64,000 nt of DNA from an uncultured archaeon (GCA_963787445.1 CAWBCT010000005.1:64001-128000); one strand, 5' to 3'. Positions 38,631-53,600 are shown, counted from the stretch's first letter. The notes: generated by a model from the sequence alone, not told the origin. A program made the numbers and translations.

Positions 38631-41600
38631 TTAGTCTGTTCCCCTCTTCCTGAGCACCATGGCGATAGCGTCAGCTATCAGCTGCTGCTCCTTCTGCCTG
38701 CTGAGCCTCCTGCCCGAGAGTCCCGAGGCCCTCTTCTTTGCCCTGGAGAGTATCTCCTTGGCTGTGCCGCCGGAAGCCATCCTCTTCTCCGAGTCGGCCC
38801 GCATTCTCTTCGTCTCCTTCTCCGCATCGGCGAGTATCCTCTTTGCCTCTGCCCGGGACTGGGCCAGTATGGCCTCGCGCCGGGCGGACGGCGTTGGCTG
38901 CCTGCGCGCGGCGGGCGGGGCTGGGCGCGGGGAGAGCTTGCGCTGTGGGAGCTCTGGGGCGGCGGCCTCCGGCTCCTCCTCCTCCTCTTCCTCAGGCTCT
39001 ACCTTCTTGGGCTTTCTCTGCCGCCTCATCCTCCTGCCGATGAGCGACATCGCGGACACTATGGCGGACGGGCCGGCGCGCTTCTCCATCCTCCTTCTCC
39101 TTATTATGAGCCAGAGCGCGATGGCTATCAGGGCGATGGCGCCGGCCAGGCCCAGGGCGTCATAGAACGGCGTGTTGTTGACCGGAGGCGGTACCACCAC
39201 AGGTATGGTGGTGGTAGTGCTGGTGCCGAGGGTAGTGACCGTGGTGGGCACGGTGACGTTCCCTATGCCAACGAAGCTGGTCAGCGAGAGCACCGGGTCC
39301 TGGTTGAAGGTCATCGTCACCTCGCAGGCCTGGGAGTTGACCGTGAACTTGTCCACCATTGCCCAGGAGAAGTTCGAGAGTATGAACGGGACCACCTTGT
39401 AGTAGGGGATGGCGCAGTTGTACCTGACCGAGACGTTCATCGAGGTGTTCAGCTGGTGCTGCAGGTTCGTGGTGGGCCGGATGGAGAGATTCTCGGTCAG
39501 CTCCGGCTGGTAGCCGGCGGGCAGCGCCGGCAGGAACGGCGACTGGGTCAGGTTCCTGATCGAGAGCAGCTGGTAGGCCGTTATCGATGAGGTGAGGTTC
39601 AGCGTCGTGTCCTCCCGGAGCAGGTGGACTATGGTCGGAGTCGTGTTGTAGGTTATTATCTCGGAGCTGAAGTTGTCCGTCGTGACGTTCAGCACCACCC
39701 TCTTGGGCAGCGCCGTTATCCTCAGCACTATGGACTGCTGGAGCGGGATGTAGGAGATGTTGACTATCTGCATGGAGTAGACGTAGTTCGGGTTCTGGTC
39801 CTGGACTATCAGGGTGCTCCGGTTCTGGTAGATCACGTAGCTCTGCCCGTTCACGGTTATTCCGGAGTTCGTGGGCGAGATGAAGTTCTCGGTGAAGTTG
39901 AGGAGCAGCCCGAACAGGGTGACGTTGAAGATGTCGGGCACCGCTATGCCGAGCACCACGTAGCCGTTCTGGATGGGCAGGACGGTGGGCTTCAGCAGTC
40001 CGCCTCCGCCGGCGCCGCCTACCCCACCGCCGCCACCGCCTCCGCCGCCACCGCCGCCTCCGCCTCCGCCTCCGGTGGTGACGTTGTAGCCCAGGCTGTT
40101 GGACACCTGCACCTGGGTGGTGGCGCTGTCGGTCGCCAGGAGATGGGCGGTGAATGCCCCTGTGCCCCAGGAGGCCTGCTGGGCGTAAATGTAGCTCATG
40201 GTTGTCAGGCTCGAGCCCGAGACGAGGTTCTGCGTAACGAGTGAGCCGGCCGGGTTGTAGACCAGGAAGTTGTAGGTGTAGGGAGGCGTGCCGCCGCCGA
40301 TTGCCGCCTCAAGCAGCTGGCCGCCAGTGGTGGTCGTGGTCGGGTTGAGCGGGATGAACTGGGTGGAGATAAGCGGCGTGTTTGCGGCGTAGGCGAGCGT
40401 GTTCGAGACCGTGTTGGAGGTCGCATCGGTCACCAGGATGTTGGCCGTGAACCCTCCGGTGCCGAAAGCCGGGCTCTGGACGAAGAGGAAGGAGTTCGAG
40501 ATCTGCGGGCTGGCGTAGAGGGCGTTGGCGACCAGGGCACCGATCGAGTTGTAGACCAGGAAGTTGTAGGTGTAGGGGCTGAGGCCTCCGTTTATGTGCA
40601 TGCTAAGCGCCTGGTACTGGTTCTGGTCTATCAGGGAGTTGCCGGCGGTCCAGCTAATCTGGGTCAGCGGGCCGATGAGTGTGAATGTCAGCGTGTTGGA
40701 GACCGTGACAGGGACTCCGGCGTTGTCCGTCAGGTAGACGTTGGCGGTGTAGGTGCCGGTGCTCCAGGTGCCCAGGCTCTGGAAGAGGAAGGTGTTGCTG
40801 GTCGAGAGGCCCGTGTAAAGCTGGTTTGTCACCAGGGCGCCGATGGAGTTGTAGACCACGAAGTTGTAGGTGTAGGGGCTTGAGCCTCCGGTGAGCTGCG
40901 CGGAGAGCAGCTGGTACTGGTTGAAGTTTAGTACTGAGTTTGAGGCTGTGAACAGGCTCGAAACCAGCAGCGGGCTGATCGTCACTGTGCTGCTCTTTAC
41001 AGAATTTGCGGTCACCGCGTTCGCGGCGCTGTCGGTCACTATCACATTGGCCTGGATCGTGTTTCCTGCGTCAGAGTTCATCGTCGTGTAGGTGAAGGTG
41101 TTTGAGGCTGTTGGGACTGCGGTGTACAGCGCATTGGCGAACAGGTTGCCTGTTATCGTATTTACCACCAGGAAGTTGTAGGTGTAGGAGGATGTCCCGC
41201 CTCCGGCGGTTCCAGTGAAGGTTACCGTCTGGCCAGCATCGACCTCCAGGCTTGAGACTGTGATTGAAGGCGCAAGGGGGGGCTGGATGGTAAAGATTCC
41301 GGACAGTATGGAGTTGACGATTAACTGATTTGCGGAGGTGTCTATGACGAAGACGTTCGCGACTAGAGTGTTGCCGGCGTTCGCAGAGTTGACTGGGAAG
41401 GCGTAGGTGGTTCCTGACTGGCCGCCGGAAGTTCCTACCAAAGTGTTAGTGACCGAGTTATACACGAAGAAGTTGTAGGTGTAGGATCCTGTGCCGCCGG
41501 AGGCGGAGGCGGTGAAGATGATGGAGGTTCCCTGATCGTAGTTGGCGTTAGAGGATGGGGTTATGGTTGGGGTGTTGAGTGAGGTGAAGACTGTAAAGAC

Positions 41601-44600
41601 TCCTGACTTGATGGAGTTGACTGTTACCTGGTTTGCGGAGGTGTCTATGACGAAGACGTTCGCGACTAATGTGTTTCCGGCGTTCGCGGAGTTGACTGGG
41701 AAGGCGTAGGTGGTTCCTGCCTGGCCGCCGGAAGTTCCTACCAAAGTGTTAGTGACCGAGTTATACACGAAGAAGTTGTAGGTGTAACTGCCTGTGCCGC
41801 CGGAAGCGGAAGCGGTGAAGATGATGGAGGTTCCTTGGTCGTAGTTGGCGTTACTGGATGGGGTGATGGTCGGGGTGTTGAGTGAGGTGAAGACTGTAAA
41901 GACTCCTGACTTGATGGAGTTGACTGTTACCTGGTTTGCGGAGGTGTCTATGACGAAGACGTTTGCGACTAATGTGTTGCCTGCGTTCGCGGAGTTGACT
42001 GGGAAGGCGTAGGTTGTTCCTGCCTGGCCTCCGGAAGTCCCTACCAAAGTGTTAGTGACCGAGTTATACACGAAGAAGTTGTAGGTGTAGGATCCTGTGC
42101 CGCCGGAAGCGGAGGCGGTGAAGATTATACTTGTGCCCTGGTCGTAGTTGGCGTTAGAGGATGGGGTTATGGTCGGGGTACCAAGCGTAGGTTTCACGGT
42201 GAAGACTCCTGACTTTATGGAGTTGACTGTCACCTGGTTTGCGGAGGTGTCGATGACGAAGACGTTCGCGACCAGGGTGTTGCCGGCGTTCGCGGAGTTG
42301 ACTGGGAAGGCGTAGGTGGTTCCTGACTGGCCGCCGGAAGTTCCTACTAAGGTATTCGTAACCGAGTTATACACGAAGAAGTTGTAGGTGTAACTGCCTG
42401 TGCCGCCGAAGGCGGAGGCGGTGAAGATTATACTTGTGCCTTGGTCGTAGTTGGCGTTACTGGAGGGGGTTATGGTTGGGGTGTTGAGTGAGGTGAAGAC
42501 TGTAAAGACTCCTGACTTGATGGAGTTGACTGTTACCTGGTTTGCGGAGGTGTCGATGACGAAGACGTTCGCGACCAGGGTGTTGCCGGCGTTCGCGGAG
42601 TTGACTGGGAAGGCGTAGGTGGTTCCTGACTGGCCGCCGGAAGTTCCCACTAAGGTATTCGTAACCGAGTTATACACGAAGAAGTTGTAGGTGTAACTGC
42701 CGGTGCCGCCGGAAGCGGAAGCGGTGAAGATTATACTTGTGCCTTGGTCGTAGTTGGCGTTACTGGAGGGGGTTATGGTTGGGGTGTTGAGTGAGGTGAA
42801 GACTGTGAAGGTTCCGGAGTGGATGGAGTTAGCTGCGATAGAATTACCAGAATTGTCCGTAACGAAGACGTTCGCGACTAGGGTGTTGCCGGCGTTCGCG
42901 GAGTTGACTGGGAAGGCGTAGGTGGTTCCTGACTGGCCCCCGGAAGTTCCTACCAAAGTGTTAGTGACCGAGTTATACACGAAGAAGTTGTAGGTGTAGG
43001 ATCCTGTGCCGCCGGAAGCGGAAGCGGTGAAGATTATACTTGTGCCCTGGTCGTAGTTGGCGTTAGAGGATGGGGCGATGGTTGGGGTACCAAATGTAGG
43101 CTTCACGGTGAATGTGCCGGACTTGATGGAGTTGACTGTTACCTGGTTTGCGGAGGTGTCGGTCACGAAGACGTTTGCGACTAATGTGTTGCCTGCGTTC
43201 GCGGAGTTGACTGGGAAGGCGTAGGTGGCTCCTGGCTGGCCGCCGGAAGTCCCTACCAAAGTGTTAGTGACCGAGTTATACACGAAGAAGTTGTAGGTGT
43301 AAGATCCTGTGCCGCCGGAAGCGGAAGCGGTGAAGATGATAGAGGTTCCTTGGTCGTAGTTGGCGTTACTCGATGGGGCGATGGTTGGGGTGTTGAGTGA
43401 GGTGAAGACTGTAAAGACTCCTGACTTGATGGAGTTGACTGTTACCTGGTTTGCGGAGGTGTCTATGACGAAGACGTTCGCGACTAGAGTGTTGCCGGCG
43501 TTCGCGGAGTTGACTGGGAAGGCGTAGGTGGTGCCTGACTGACCGCCGGAAGTTCCTACTAAGGTATTCGTAACTGAGTTATACACGAAGAAGTTGTAGG
43601 TGTAGGATCCTGTGCCGCCTGAGGCGGAGGCTGTGAAGATTATACTCGTGCCCTGGTCGTAGTTGGCGTTACTGGAGGGGGTTATGGTCGGGGTGTTGAG
43701 TGAGGTGAAGACTGTGAAGACTCCTGACTTTATGGAGTTGACTGTTACCTGGTTTGCGGAGGTGTCTATGACGAAGACGTTTGCGACTAGGGTGTTGCCG
43801 GCGTTCGCGGAGTTGACTGGGAAGGCGTAGGTGGTTCCTGACTGGCCGCCAGAAGTTCCCACTAAGGTATTCGTAACCGAGTTATACACGAAGAAGTTGT
43901 AGGTGTAGGATCCTGTGCCGCCGGAAGCGGAGGCGGTGAAGATGATGGAGGTTCCTTGGTCGTAGTTGGCGTTACTGGATGGGGTGATGGTCGGGGTGTT
44001 GAGTGGGGTGAAGACTGTGAAGGTTCCGGAGTGGATGGAGTTAGCTGCGACAGAATTACCAGAATTGTCCGTAACGAAGACGTTCGCGACCAGGGTGTTG
44101 CCGGCGTTCGCGGAGTTGACTGGGAAGGCGTAGGTGGTTCCTGACTGGCCGCCGGAAGTTCCCACTAAGGTATTCGTAACCGAGTTATACACGAAGAAGT
44201 TGTAGGTGTAACTGCCTGTGCCGCCGGAGGCTGTCACGCTAAATATTATGTCTGTGCCTTGATCATAATTGGAGTTGCTTGCAGGGGAAATGGTTGGTGT
44301 TCCAAGCGCAGCGTATACTGTAAAGGTTCCGGAGTGGATGGAGTTAGTTACAATTGAATTACCCGAATTATCTGTTACGAAGACGTTTGCGACTAGGGTG
44401 TTTCCAGCGTTGGCGGAGTTGACTGGGAAGGCGTAGGTGGTTCCTGACTGGCCGCCGGAAGTTCCTACCAAAGTGTTAGTGACCGAGTTATACACAAAGA
44501 AGTTGTAGGTGTAACTGCCTGTGCCGCCGGAAGCGGAGGCGGTGAAGATTATACTTGTGCCCTGGTCGTAGTTGGCGTTAGAGGATGGGGTTATGGTCGG

Positions 44601-47600
44601 GGTACCAAGCGTAGGTTTCACGGTGAAGACTCCTGACTTTATGGAGTTGACTGTTACCTGGTTTGCGGAGGTGTCGATGACGAAGACGTTTGCGACTAGG
44701 GTGTTTCCAGCGTTGGCGGAGTTGACTGGGAAGGCGTAGGTGGTTCCTGACTGGCCGCCGGAAGTTCCTACCAAAGTGTTAGTGACCGAGTTATACACAA
44801 AGAAGTTGTAGGTGTAACTGCCTGTGCCGCCGGAGGCGGAGGCTGTGAAGATTATACTCGTGCCCTGGTCGTAGTTGGCGTTACTGGAGGGGGTTATGGT
44901 TGGGGTGTTGAGTGGGGTGAAGACTGTGAAGGTTCCAGAGTGGATTGAATTTACCGTTACCTGGTTTGCGGAGGTGTCTATGACGAAGACGTTTGCGACT
45001 AGGGTGTTGCCTGCGTTCGCAGAGTTGACTGGGAAGGCGTAGGTGGTTCCTGACTGGCCGCCGGAAGTTCCTACTAAGGTATTAGTGACCGAGTTATACA
45101 CAAAGAAGTTGTAGGTGTAGGATCCTGTGCCGCCGGAAGCGGAAGCGGTGAAGATGATGGAGGTTCCCTGATCGTAGTTGGCGTTAGAGGATGGGGTTAT
45201 GGTTGGGGTGTTGAGTGAGGTGAAGACTGTAAAGACTCCTGACTTGATGGAGTTGACTGTTACCTGGTTTGCGGAGGTGTCTATGACGAAGACGTTCGCG
45301 ACTAGAGTGTTGCCGGCGTTCGCGGAGTTGACTGGGAAGGCGTAGGTGGTGCCTGACTGACCGCCGGAAGTTCCTACTAAGGTATTCGTAACTGAGTTAT
45401 ACACGAAGAAGTTGTAGGTGTAACTGCCTGTGCCGCCGGAAGCGGAGGCGGTGAAGATTATACTTGTGCCCTGGTCGTAGTTGGCGTTACTGGAGGGGGT
45501 TATGGTCGGGGTGTTGAGTGAGGTGAAGACTGTGAAGGTTCCGGAGTGGATTGAGTTAGCTGCGATAGAATTACCAGAATTGTCCGTAACGAAGACGTTT
45601 GCGACTAGGGTGTTGCCGGCGTTCGCGGAGTTGACTGGGAAGGCGTAGGTTGTTCCTGACTGGCCGCCGGACATTCCGACCAGGGTATTGGTGACTGAGT
45701 TGTAGACTAGGAAGTTGTAGGTGTAACTGCCGGTACCGCCGGAAGCGGAGGCGGTGAAGATTATACTCGTGCCCTGGTCGTAGTTGGCGTTACTGGAGGG
45801 GGTTATGGTCGGAGTACCAAGTGCAGTATATACTGTGAAGGTTCCGGAGTGGATTGAATTTACCGTTACCTGGTTCGCGGAGGTATCGATCACGAAGACG
45901 TTTGCGACTAGGGTGTTGCCGGCGTTCGCGGAGTTGACTGGGAAGGCGTAGGTGGTTCCTGCCTGACCTCCAGAAGTTCCTACCAAAGTGTTAGTGACCA
46001 AGTTATACACGAAGAAGTTGTAAGTGTAACTGCCGGTGCCGCCGGAGGCGGAGGCGGTGAAGATTATACTTGTGCCCTGGTCGTAGTTGGCGTTACTGGA
46101 GGGGGTTATGGTCGGGGTACCAAGCGTAGGTTTCACGGTGAAGACTCCTGACTTTATGGAGTTGACTGTTACCTGGTTTGCGGAGGTGTCGATGACGAAG
46201 ACGTTTGCGACTAATGTGTTTCCGGCGTTCGCGGAGTTGACTGGGAAGGCGTAGGTGGTTCCTGACTGGCCGCCGGACATTCCGACCAGGGTATTGGTGA
46301 CTGAGTTGTAGACTAGGAAGTTGTAGGTGTAACTGCCGGTGCCGCCGGAAGCAGAGGCGGTGAAGATGATGGAGGTTCCTTGATCGTAGTTGGCGTTACT
46401 GGATGGGGTGATGGTCGGGGTTCCGAGTGTGGTTTTCACTGTGAGGACTCCTGAGAGTATAGAGTTCACCACCACCTGGTTTGCGGAGGTGTCGATGACG
46501 AAAACGTTCGCGACTAATGTGTTGCCGGCGTTCGCGGAGTTGACTGGGAAGGCGTAGGTCGTTCCTGACTGGCCGCCGGACATTCCGACCAGAGTGTTAG
46601 TTACTGAGTTGTAGACTAGGAAGTTGTAGGTGTAGGATCCTGTGCCGCCGGAGGCGGAGGCGGTGAAGATGATGGAGGTTCCTTGATCGTAGTTGGCGTT
46701 AGAGGATGGGGTGATGGTCGGGGTGTTGAGAGAGGTGAAGACTGTGAAGACTCCTGACTTTATGGAGTTGACTGTTACCTGGTTTGCGGAGGTGTCGATG
46801 ACGAAGACGTTTGCGACTAATGTGTTGCCGGCGTTCGCGGAGTTGACTGGGAAGGCGTAGGTGGTGCCTGACTGACCGCCGGAAGTTCCTACTAAGGTAT
46901 TCGTAACCGAGTTATACACGAAGAAGTTGTAGGTGTAACTGCCGGTGCCGCCGGAGGCGGAGGCGGTGAAGATGATGGAGGTTCCCTGGTCGTAGTTGGC
47001 GTTAGAGGATGGGGTTATGGTCGGGGTGTTGAGTGAGGTGAAGACTGTGAAGGTTCCGGAGTGGATGGAGTTAGCTGCGATAGAATTACCAGAATTGTCC
47101 GTAACGAAGACGTTCGCGACTAGGGTGTTGCCGGCGTTCGCGGAGTTGACTGGGAAGGCGTAGGTGGTTCCTGACTGGCCCCCGGAAGTTCCTACCAAAG
47201 TGTTAGTGACCGAGTTATACACGAAGAAGTTGTAGGTGTAGGATCCTGTGCCGCCGGAGGCGGAGGCGGTGAAGATTATACTTGTGCCCTGGTCGTAGTT
47301 AGCGTTACTGGATGGGGCGATGGTTGGGGTGTTGAGTGAGGTGAAGACTGTGAAGACTCCTGACTTTATGGAGTTGACTGTTACCTGGTTTGCGGAGGTG
47401 TCGATGACGAAGACGTTTGCGACTAATGTGTTGCCGGCGTTCGCGGAGTTGACTGGGAAGGCGTAGGTGGTGCCTGACTGACCGCCGGAAGTTCCTACTA
47501 AGGTATTCGTAACTGAGTTATACACGAAGAAGTTGTAGGTGTAGGATCCTGTGCCGCCGGAAGCGGAGGCGGTGAAGATGATGGAGGTTCCCTGATCGTA

Positions 47601-50600
47601 GTTGGCGTTAGAGGATGGGGTTATGGTCGGGGTGTTGAGTGAGGTGAAGACTGTGAAGACTCCTGACTTGATGGAGTTGACTGTTACCTGGTTGGCGGAG
47701 GTGTCTATGACGAAGACGTTTGCGACTAATGTGTTGCCGGCGTTCGCGGAGTTGACTGGGAAGGCGTAGGTGGTTCCTGACTGGCCCCCGGAAGTTCCTA
47801 CCAAAGTGTTAGTGACCGAGTTATACACGAAGAAGTTGTAGGTGTAGGATCCTGTGCCGCCGGAGGCGGAGGCGGTGAAGATGATACTTGTTCCTTGGTC
47901 GTAGTTGGCGTTACTGGATGGGGTGATGGTCGGGGTGTTGAGTGAGGTGAAGACTGTGAAGACTCCTGACTTGATGGAGTTGACTGTTACCTGGTTTGCG
48001 GAGGTGTCTATGACGAAGACGTTCGCGACTAGAGTGTTGCCGGCGTTCGCGGAGTTGACTGGGAAGGCGTAGGTGGTGCCTGACTGGCCGCCGGAAGTTC
48101 CTACTAAAGTATTAGTGACCGAGTTATACACGAAGAAGTTGTAGGTGTAACTGCCTGTGCCGCCGGAGGCGGAAGCGGTGAAGATTATACTTGTGCCTTG
48201 GTCGTAGTTGGCGTTACTGGAGGGGGTTATGGTCGGGGTGTTGAGTGAGGTGAAGACTGTGAAGACTCCTGACTTGATGGAGTTGACTGTTACCTGGTTT
48301 GCGGAGGTGTCTATGACGAAGACGTTCGCGACTAGGGTGTTGCCGGCGTTCGCGGAGTTGACTGGGAAGGCGTAGGTGGTTCCTGACTGGCCGCCGGAAG
48401 TTCCTACTAAGGTATTCGTAACCGAGTTATACACAAAGAAGTTGTAGGTGTAACTGCCTGTGCCGCCGGAAGCGGAGGCGGTGAAGATTATACTTGTGCC
48501 CTGGTCGTAGTTGGCGTTACTGGAGGGGGTTATGGTTGGGGTACCAAGCGTAGGTTTCACGGTGAAGACTCCTGACTTTATGGAGTTGACTGTTACCTGG
48601 TTTGCGGAGGTGTCGATGACGAAGACGTTTGCGACTAATGTGTTTCCGGCGTTCGCGGAGTTGACTGGGAAGGCGTAGGTGGTGCCTGACTGGCCGCTGG
48701 AAGTTCCGACCAGAGTATTAGTGACCGAGTTGTAGACTAGGAAGTTGTAGGTGTAGGATCCTGTGCCGCCTGAGGCGGAGGCGGTGAAGATGATGGAGGT
48801 TCCTTGATCGTAGTTGGCGTTAGAGGATGGGGTTATGGTCGGGGTGTTGAGTGAGGTGAAGACTGTGAAGACTCCTGACTTGATGGAGTTGACTGTTACC
48901 TGGTTTGCGGAGGTGTCTATGACGAAGACGTTCGCGACTAGAGTGTTGCCGGCGTTCGCGGAGTTGACTGGGAAGGCGTAGGTGGTGCCTGACTGACCGC
49001 CGGAAGTTCCTACTAAGGTATTCGTAACTGAGTTATACACGAAGAAGTTGTAGGTGTAACTGCCTGTGCCGCCGGAGGCGGAGGCGGTGAAGATGATGGA
49101 GGTTCCTTGGTCGTAGTTGGCGTTAGAGGATGGGGTTATGGTCGGTGTGTTGAGTGAGGTGAAGACTGTGAAGGTTCCAGAGTGGATTGAGTTAGCTGCG
49201 ATAGAATTACCAGAATTGTCCGTAACGAAGACGTTTGCGACTAGGGTGTTGCCGGCGTTTGCACTATTGACTGGGAAAGCGTAGGTGGTTCCTGACTGGC
49301 CGCCGGACATTCCGATCAGGGTGTTGGTTACTGAGTTATACACCAGGAAGTTGTAGGTGTAGGACCCTGTGCCGCCGGAAGCGGAGGCGGTGAAGATTAT
49401 ACTTGTGCCTTGGTCGTAGTTGGCGTTACTGGAGGGGGTTATGGTCGGAGTACCAAGTGCAGTATATACTGTGAAGGTTCCGGAGTGGATTGAATTTACC
49501 GTTACCTGGTTCGCGGAGGTATCGATCACGAAGACGTTTGCGACTAGGGTGTTGCCGGCGTTCGCGGAGTTGACTGGGAAGGCGTAGGTGGTTCCTGCCT
49601 GACCTCCAGAAGTTCCTACCAAAGTGTTAGTGACCAAGTTATACACGAAGAAGTTGTAAGTGTAACTGCCGGTGCCGCCGGAGGCGGAGGCGGTGAAGAT
49701 TATACTTGTGCCCTGGTCGTAGTTGGCGTTACTGGAGGGGGTTATGGTCGGGGTACCAAGCGTAGGTTTCACGGTGAAGACTCCTGACTTTATGGAGTTG
49801 ACTGTTACCTGGTTTGCGGAGGTGTCGATGACGAAGACGTTTGCGACTAATGTGTTTCCGGCGTTCGCGGAGTTGACTGGGAAGGCGTAGGTGGTTCCTG
49901 ACTGGCCGCCGGACATTCCGACCAGGGTATTGGTGACTGAGTTGTAGACTAGGAAGTTGTAGGTGTAACTGCCGGTGCCGCCGGAAGCAGAGGCGGTGAA
50001 GATGATGGAGGTTCCTTGATCGTAGTTGGCGTTACTGGATGGGGTGATGGTCGGGGTTCCGAGTGTGGTTTTCACTGTGAGGACTCCTGAGAGTATAGAG
50101 TTCACCACCACCTGGTTTGCGGAGGTGTCGATGACGAAGACGTTTGCGACTAATGTGTTGCCGGCGTTCGCGGAGTTGACTGGGAAGGCGTAGGTGGTTC
50201 CTGACTGGCCGCCGGACATTCCGACCAGAGTGTTAGTTACTGAGTTGTAGACTAGGAAGTTGTAGGTGTAGGATCCTGTGCCGCCGGAGGCGGAGGCGGT
50301 GAAGATGATGGAGGTTCCTTGATCGTAGTTGGCGTTAGAGGATGGGGTGATGGTCGGGGTGTTGAGAGAGGTGAAGACTGTGAAGGTTCCGGAGTGGATT
50401 GAATTGACTGTTACCTGATTTGCGGAGGTGTCGATGACGAAGACGTTTGCGACTAATGTGTTGCCGGCGTTCGCGGAGTTGACTGGGAAGGCGTAGGTGG
50501 TTCCTGACTGGCCGCCGGAAGTTCCTACCAAAGTGTTAGTGACCGAGTTATACACAAAGAAGTTGTAGGTGTAACTGCCGGTGCCGCCGGAGGCGGAGGC

Positions 50601-53600
50601 GGTGAAGATGATGGAGGTTCCCTGGTCGTAGTTGGCGTTAGAGGAGGGGGTTATGGTCGGGGTGTTGAGTGAGGTGAAGACTGTGAAGGTTCCGGAGTGG
50701 ATTGAATTGACTGTTACCTGGTTCGCGGAGGTGTCGATGACGAAGACGTTGGCGACTAATGTGTTTCCGGCGTTCGCGGAGTTGACTGGGAAGGCGTAGG
50801 TGGTTCCTGACTGGCCGCCGGACATTCCGACCAGGGTATTGGTGACTGAGTTGTAGACTAGGAAGTTGTAGGTGTAACTGCCGGTGCCGCCGGAGGCGGA
50901 GGCGGTGAAGATGATACTTGTGCCTTGGTCGTAGTTGGCGTTAGAGGATGGGGCGAGGGTTGGGGTGTTGAGTGAGGTGAAGACTGTGAAGACTCCTGAC
51001 TTGATGGAGTTGACTGTTACCTGGTTTGCGGAGGTGTCTATGACGAAGACGTTCGCGACTAATGTGTTTCCGGCGTTCGCGGAGTTGACTGGGAAGGCGT
51101 AGGTGGTGCCTGACTGACCGCCGGAAGTCCCTACCAAAGTGTTAGTGACCGAGTTATACACGAAGAAGTTGTAGGTGTAACTGCCGGTGCCGCCGGAAGC
51201 GGAGGCGGTGAAGATGATAGAGGTTCCTTGATCGTAGTTGGCGTTAGAGGATGGGGTTATGGTCGGGGTGTTGAGTGAGGTGAAGACTGTGAAGACTCCT
51301 GACTTGATGGAGTTGACTGTTACCTGGTTTGCGGAGGTGTCTATGACGAAGACGTTCGCGACTAGAGTGTTGCCGGCGTTCGCGGAGTTGACTGGGAAGG
51401 CGTAGGTGGTGCCTGACTGACCGCCGGAAGTTCCTACTAAGGTATTCGTAACTGAGTTATACACGAAGAAGTTGTAGGTGTAACTGCCGGTGCCGCCGGA
51501 GGCGGAGGCGGTGAAGATGATGGAGGTTCCTTGGTCGTAGTTGGCGTTAGACGATGGGGTTATGGTTGGGGTACCGAGCGTAGGTTCCACCGTAAATATT
51601 CCAGATAGTATGGAGTTCACCGTTACATGGGTTGTTGCTGAGTCAGTGACGAAGACATTCGCGACCAGAGTATTTCCGGCGTTCGCGGAGTTGACTGGGA
51701 AGGCGTAGGTGGCTCCTGGCTGGCCGCCGGACATTCCGACTAGGGTGTTGGTTACTGAGTTGTAGACCAGGAAATTATAGGTGTAGGATCCTGTGCCGCC
51801 GGAGGCGGAGGCGGTGAAGATGATGGAGGTTCCTTGGTCGTAGTTGGCGTTAGAGGATGGGGTGATTGAGACTGTGGGGGCTGGACTAATCGTGAATGTT
51901 GAGGTGTAAACAGAGTTGACGGTGGTGGGGTTCGTATCGGTTAGGACAACATTCGCCTTTTCTGGCGAGTTCGCCACGTCTGAGGAGATTACCTGGTAGG
52001 TGAAGGTGCTTGTGGTGCTTGAGACCGACTGGAACAGAGCATTATGGGCTATCGTCCCTAGGGTGACTGAGTTTACAACAAGGAAGTTGTAGGTGAATGA
52101 GGTTGTTGACCCGCCCGCCTCGGTGGCAGTAAAGGTCTCGTACTGGCCCACGTCCACAAGGGAGTTGCTGGGTGCCGAGATTGTGACGGCAGGGGGTGTG
52201 TAGCTCGAAATCACAGTAAGGGTGCCGCTCGGGACGCTGTTGGTGGTCTCGACGTTGGCAGCAGAGTCGGTGATTATGACATTGGCTTGCAAGGTGTTTC
52301 CAATGTCGGCTAGGGGAATAAGCCAGGTGAACGAGTTTGAGGTGAAGGTGTTCGTGGTGAGGTAGTTGGCGGCCAGCGAGCCGGTTATCGTGTTAACCAC
52401 AAGGAAGTTTACAGTGTAGGACGACACTCCTCCAGACCATGAGGCGGTGTATGTAATCGTGTTACCGACTGCCCATGAAGCAGGGAGCGTTGGGTTCGAT
52501 GTCAACATGGGGATGCCCAATGCGGAGTAAACTGTAAACGTGCCAGAGTAGATAGAATTGGCGGCTATGGCATTGCCAGAAGTATCTGTAACAAATACAT
52601 TAGCTACTAAAGTGTTACCAGCATTGGCGGAGTTGACTGGGAAGGCGTAGGTGGCTCCTGGCTGGTCGCCGGAAGTCCCTACCAAAGTGTTGGTGACCGA
52701 GTTGTAGACTAGGAAGTTGTAGGTGTAACTGCCGGTGCCGCCGGAAGCGGAGGCGGTGAAGATGATTGAGGTTCCTTGATCGTAGTTGGCGTTACTGGAT
52801 GGGGTGATGGTCGGGGTTCCGAGTGTGGTTTTCACTGTGAGGACTCCTGAGAGTATAGAGTTCACCACCACCTGGTTTGCGGAGGTGTCGGTCACGAAGA
52901 CGTTCGCGACCAGGGTATTGCCGGCGTTTGCACTATTGACTGGGAAGGCGTAGGTGGTTCCTGACTGGCCTCCGGAAGTCCCTACCAAAGTGTTAGTGAC
53001 CGAGTTATACACGAAGAAGTTGTAGGTGTAACTGCCTGTGCCGCCGGAGGCGGAGGCGGTGAAGATTATACTTGTGCCCTGGTCGTAGTTGGCGTTACTT
53101 GATGGGGTGATGGTTGGGGTGTTGAGTGTAGGTTTCACGGTGAAGACTCCTGAGAGTATAGAATTCACTGCCACCTGGTTTGCGGAGGTGTCGATGACGA
53201 AGACGTTTGCGACCAGGGTGTTGCCGGCGTTCGCGGAGTTGACTGGGAAGGCGTAGGTTGTTCCTGATTGGCCGCCGGACATTCCGACCAGGGTATTGGT
53301 GACTGAGTTGTAGACTAGGAAGTTGTAGGTGTAACTGCCGGTACCGCCGGAGGCGGAGGCGGTGAAGATTATACTCGTGCCCTGGTCGTAGTTGGCGTTA
53401 GAGGATGGGGTGATGGTCGGGGTACCAAGCGTAGGTTTCACGGTGAAGACTCCTGACTTTATGGAGTTGACGGTTACCTGGTTTGCGGAGGTGTCGATGA
53501 CGAAGACGTTTGCGACTAATGTGTTGCCGGCGTTCGCGGAGTTGACTGGGAAGGCGTAGGTGGTTCCTGACTGGCCGCCGGACATTCCGACCAGAGTGTT

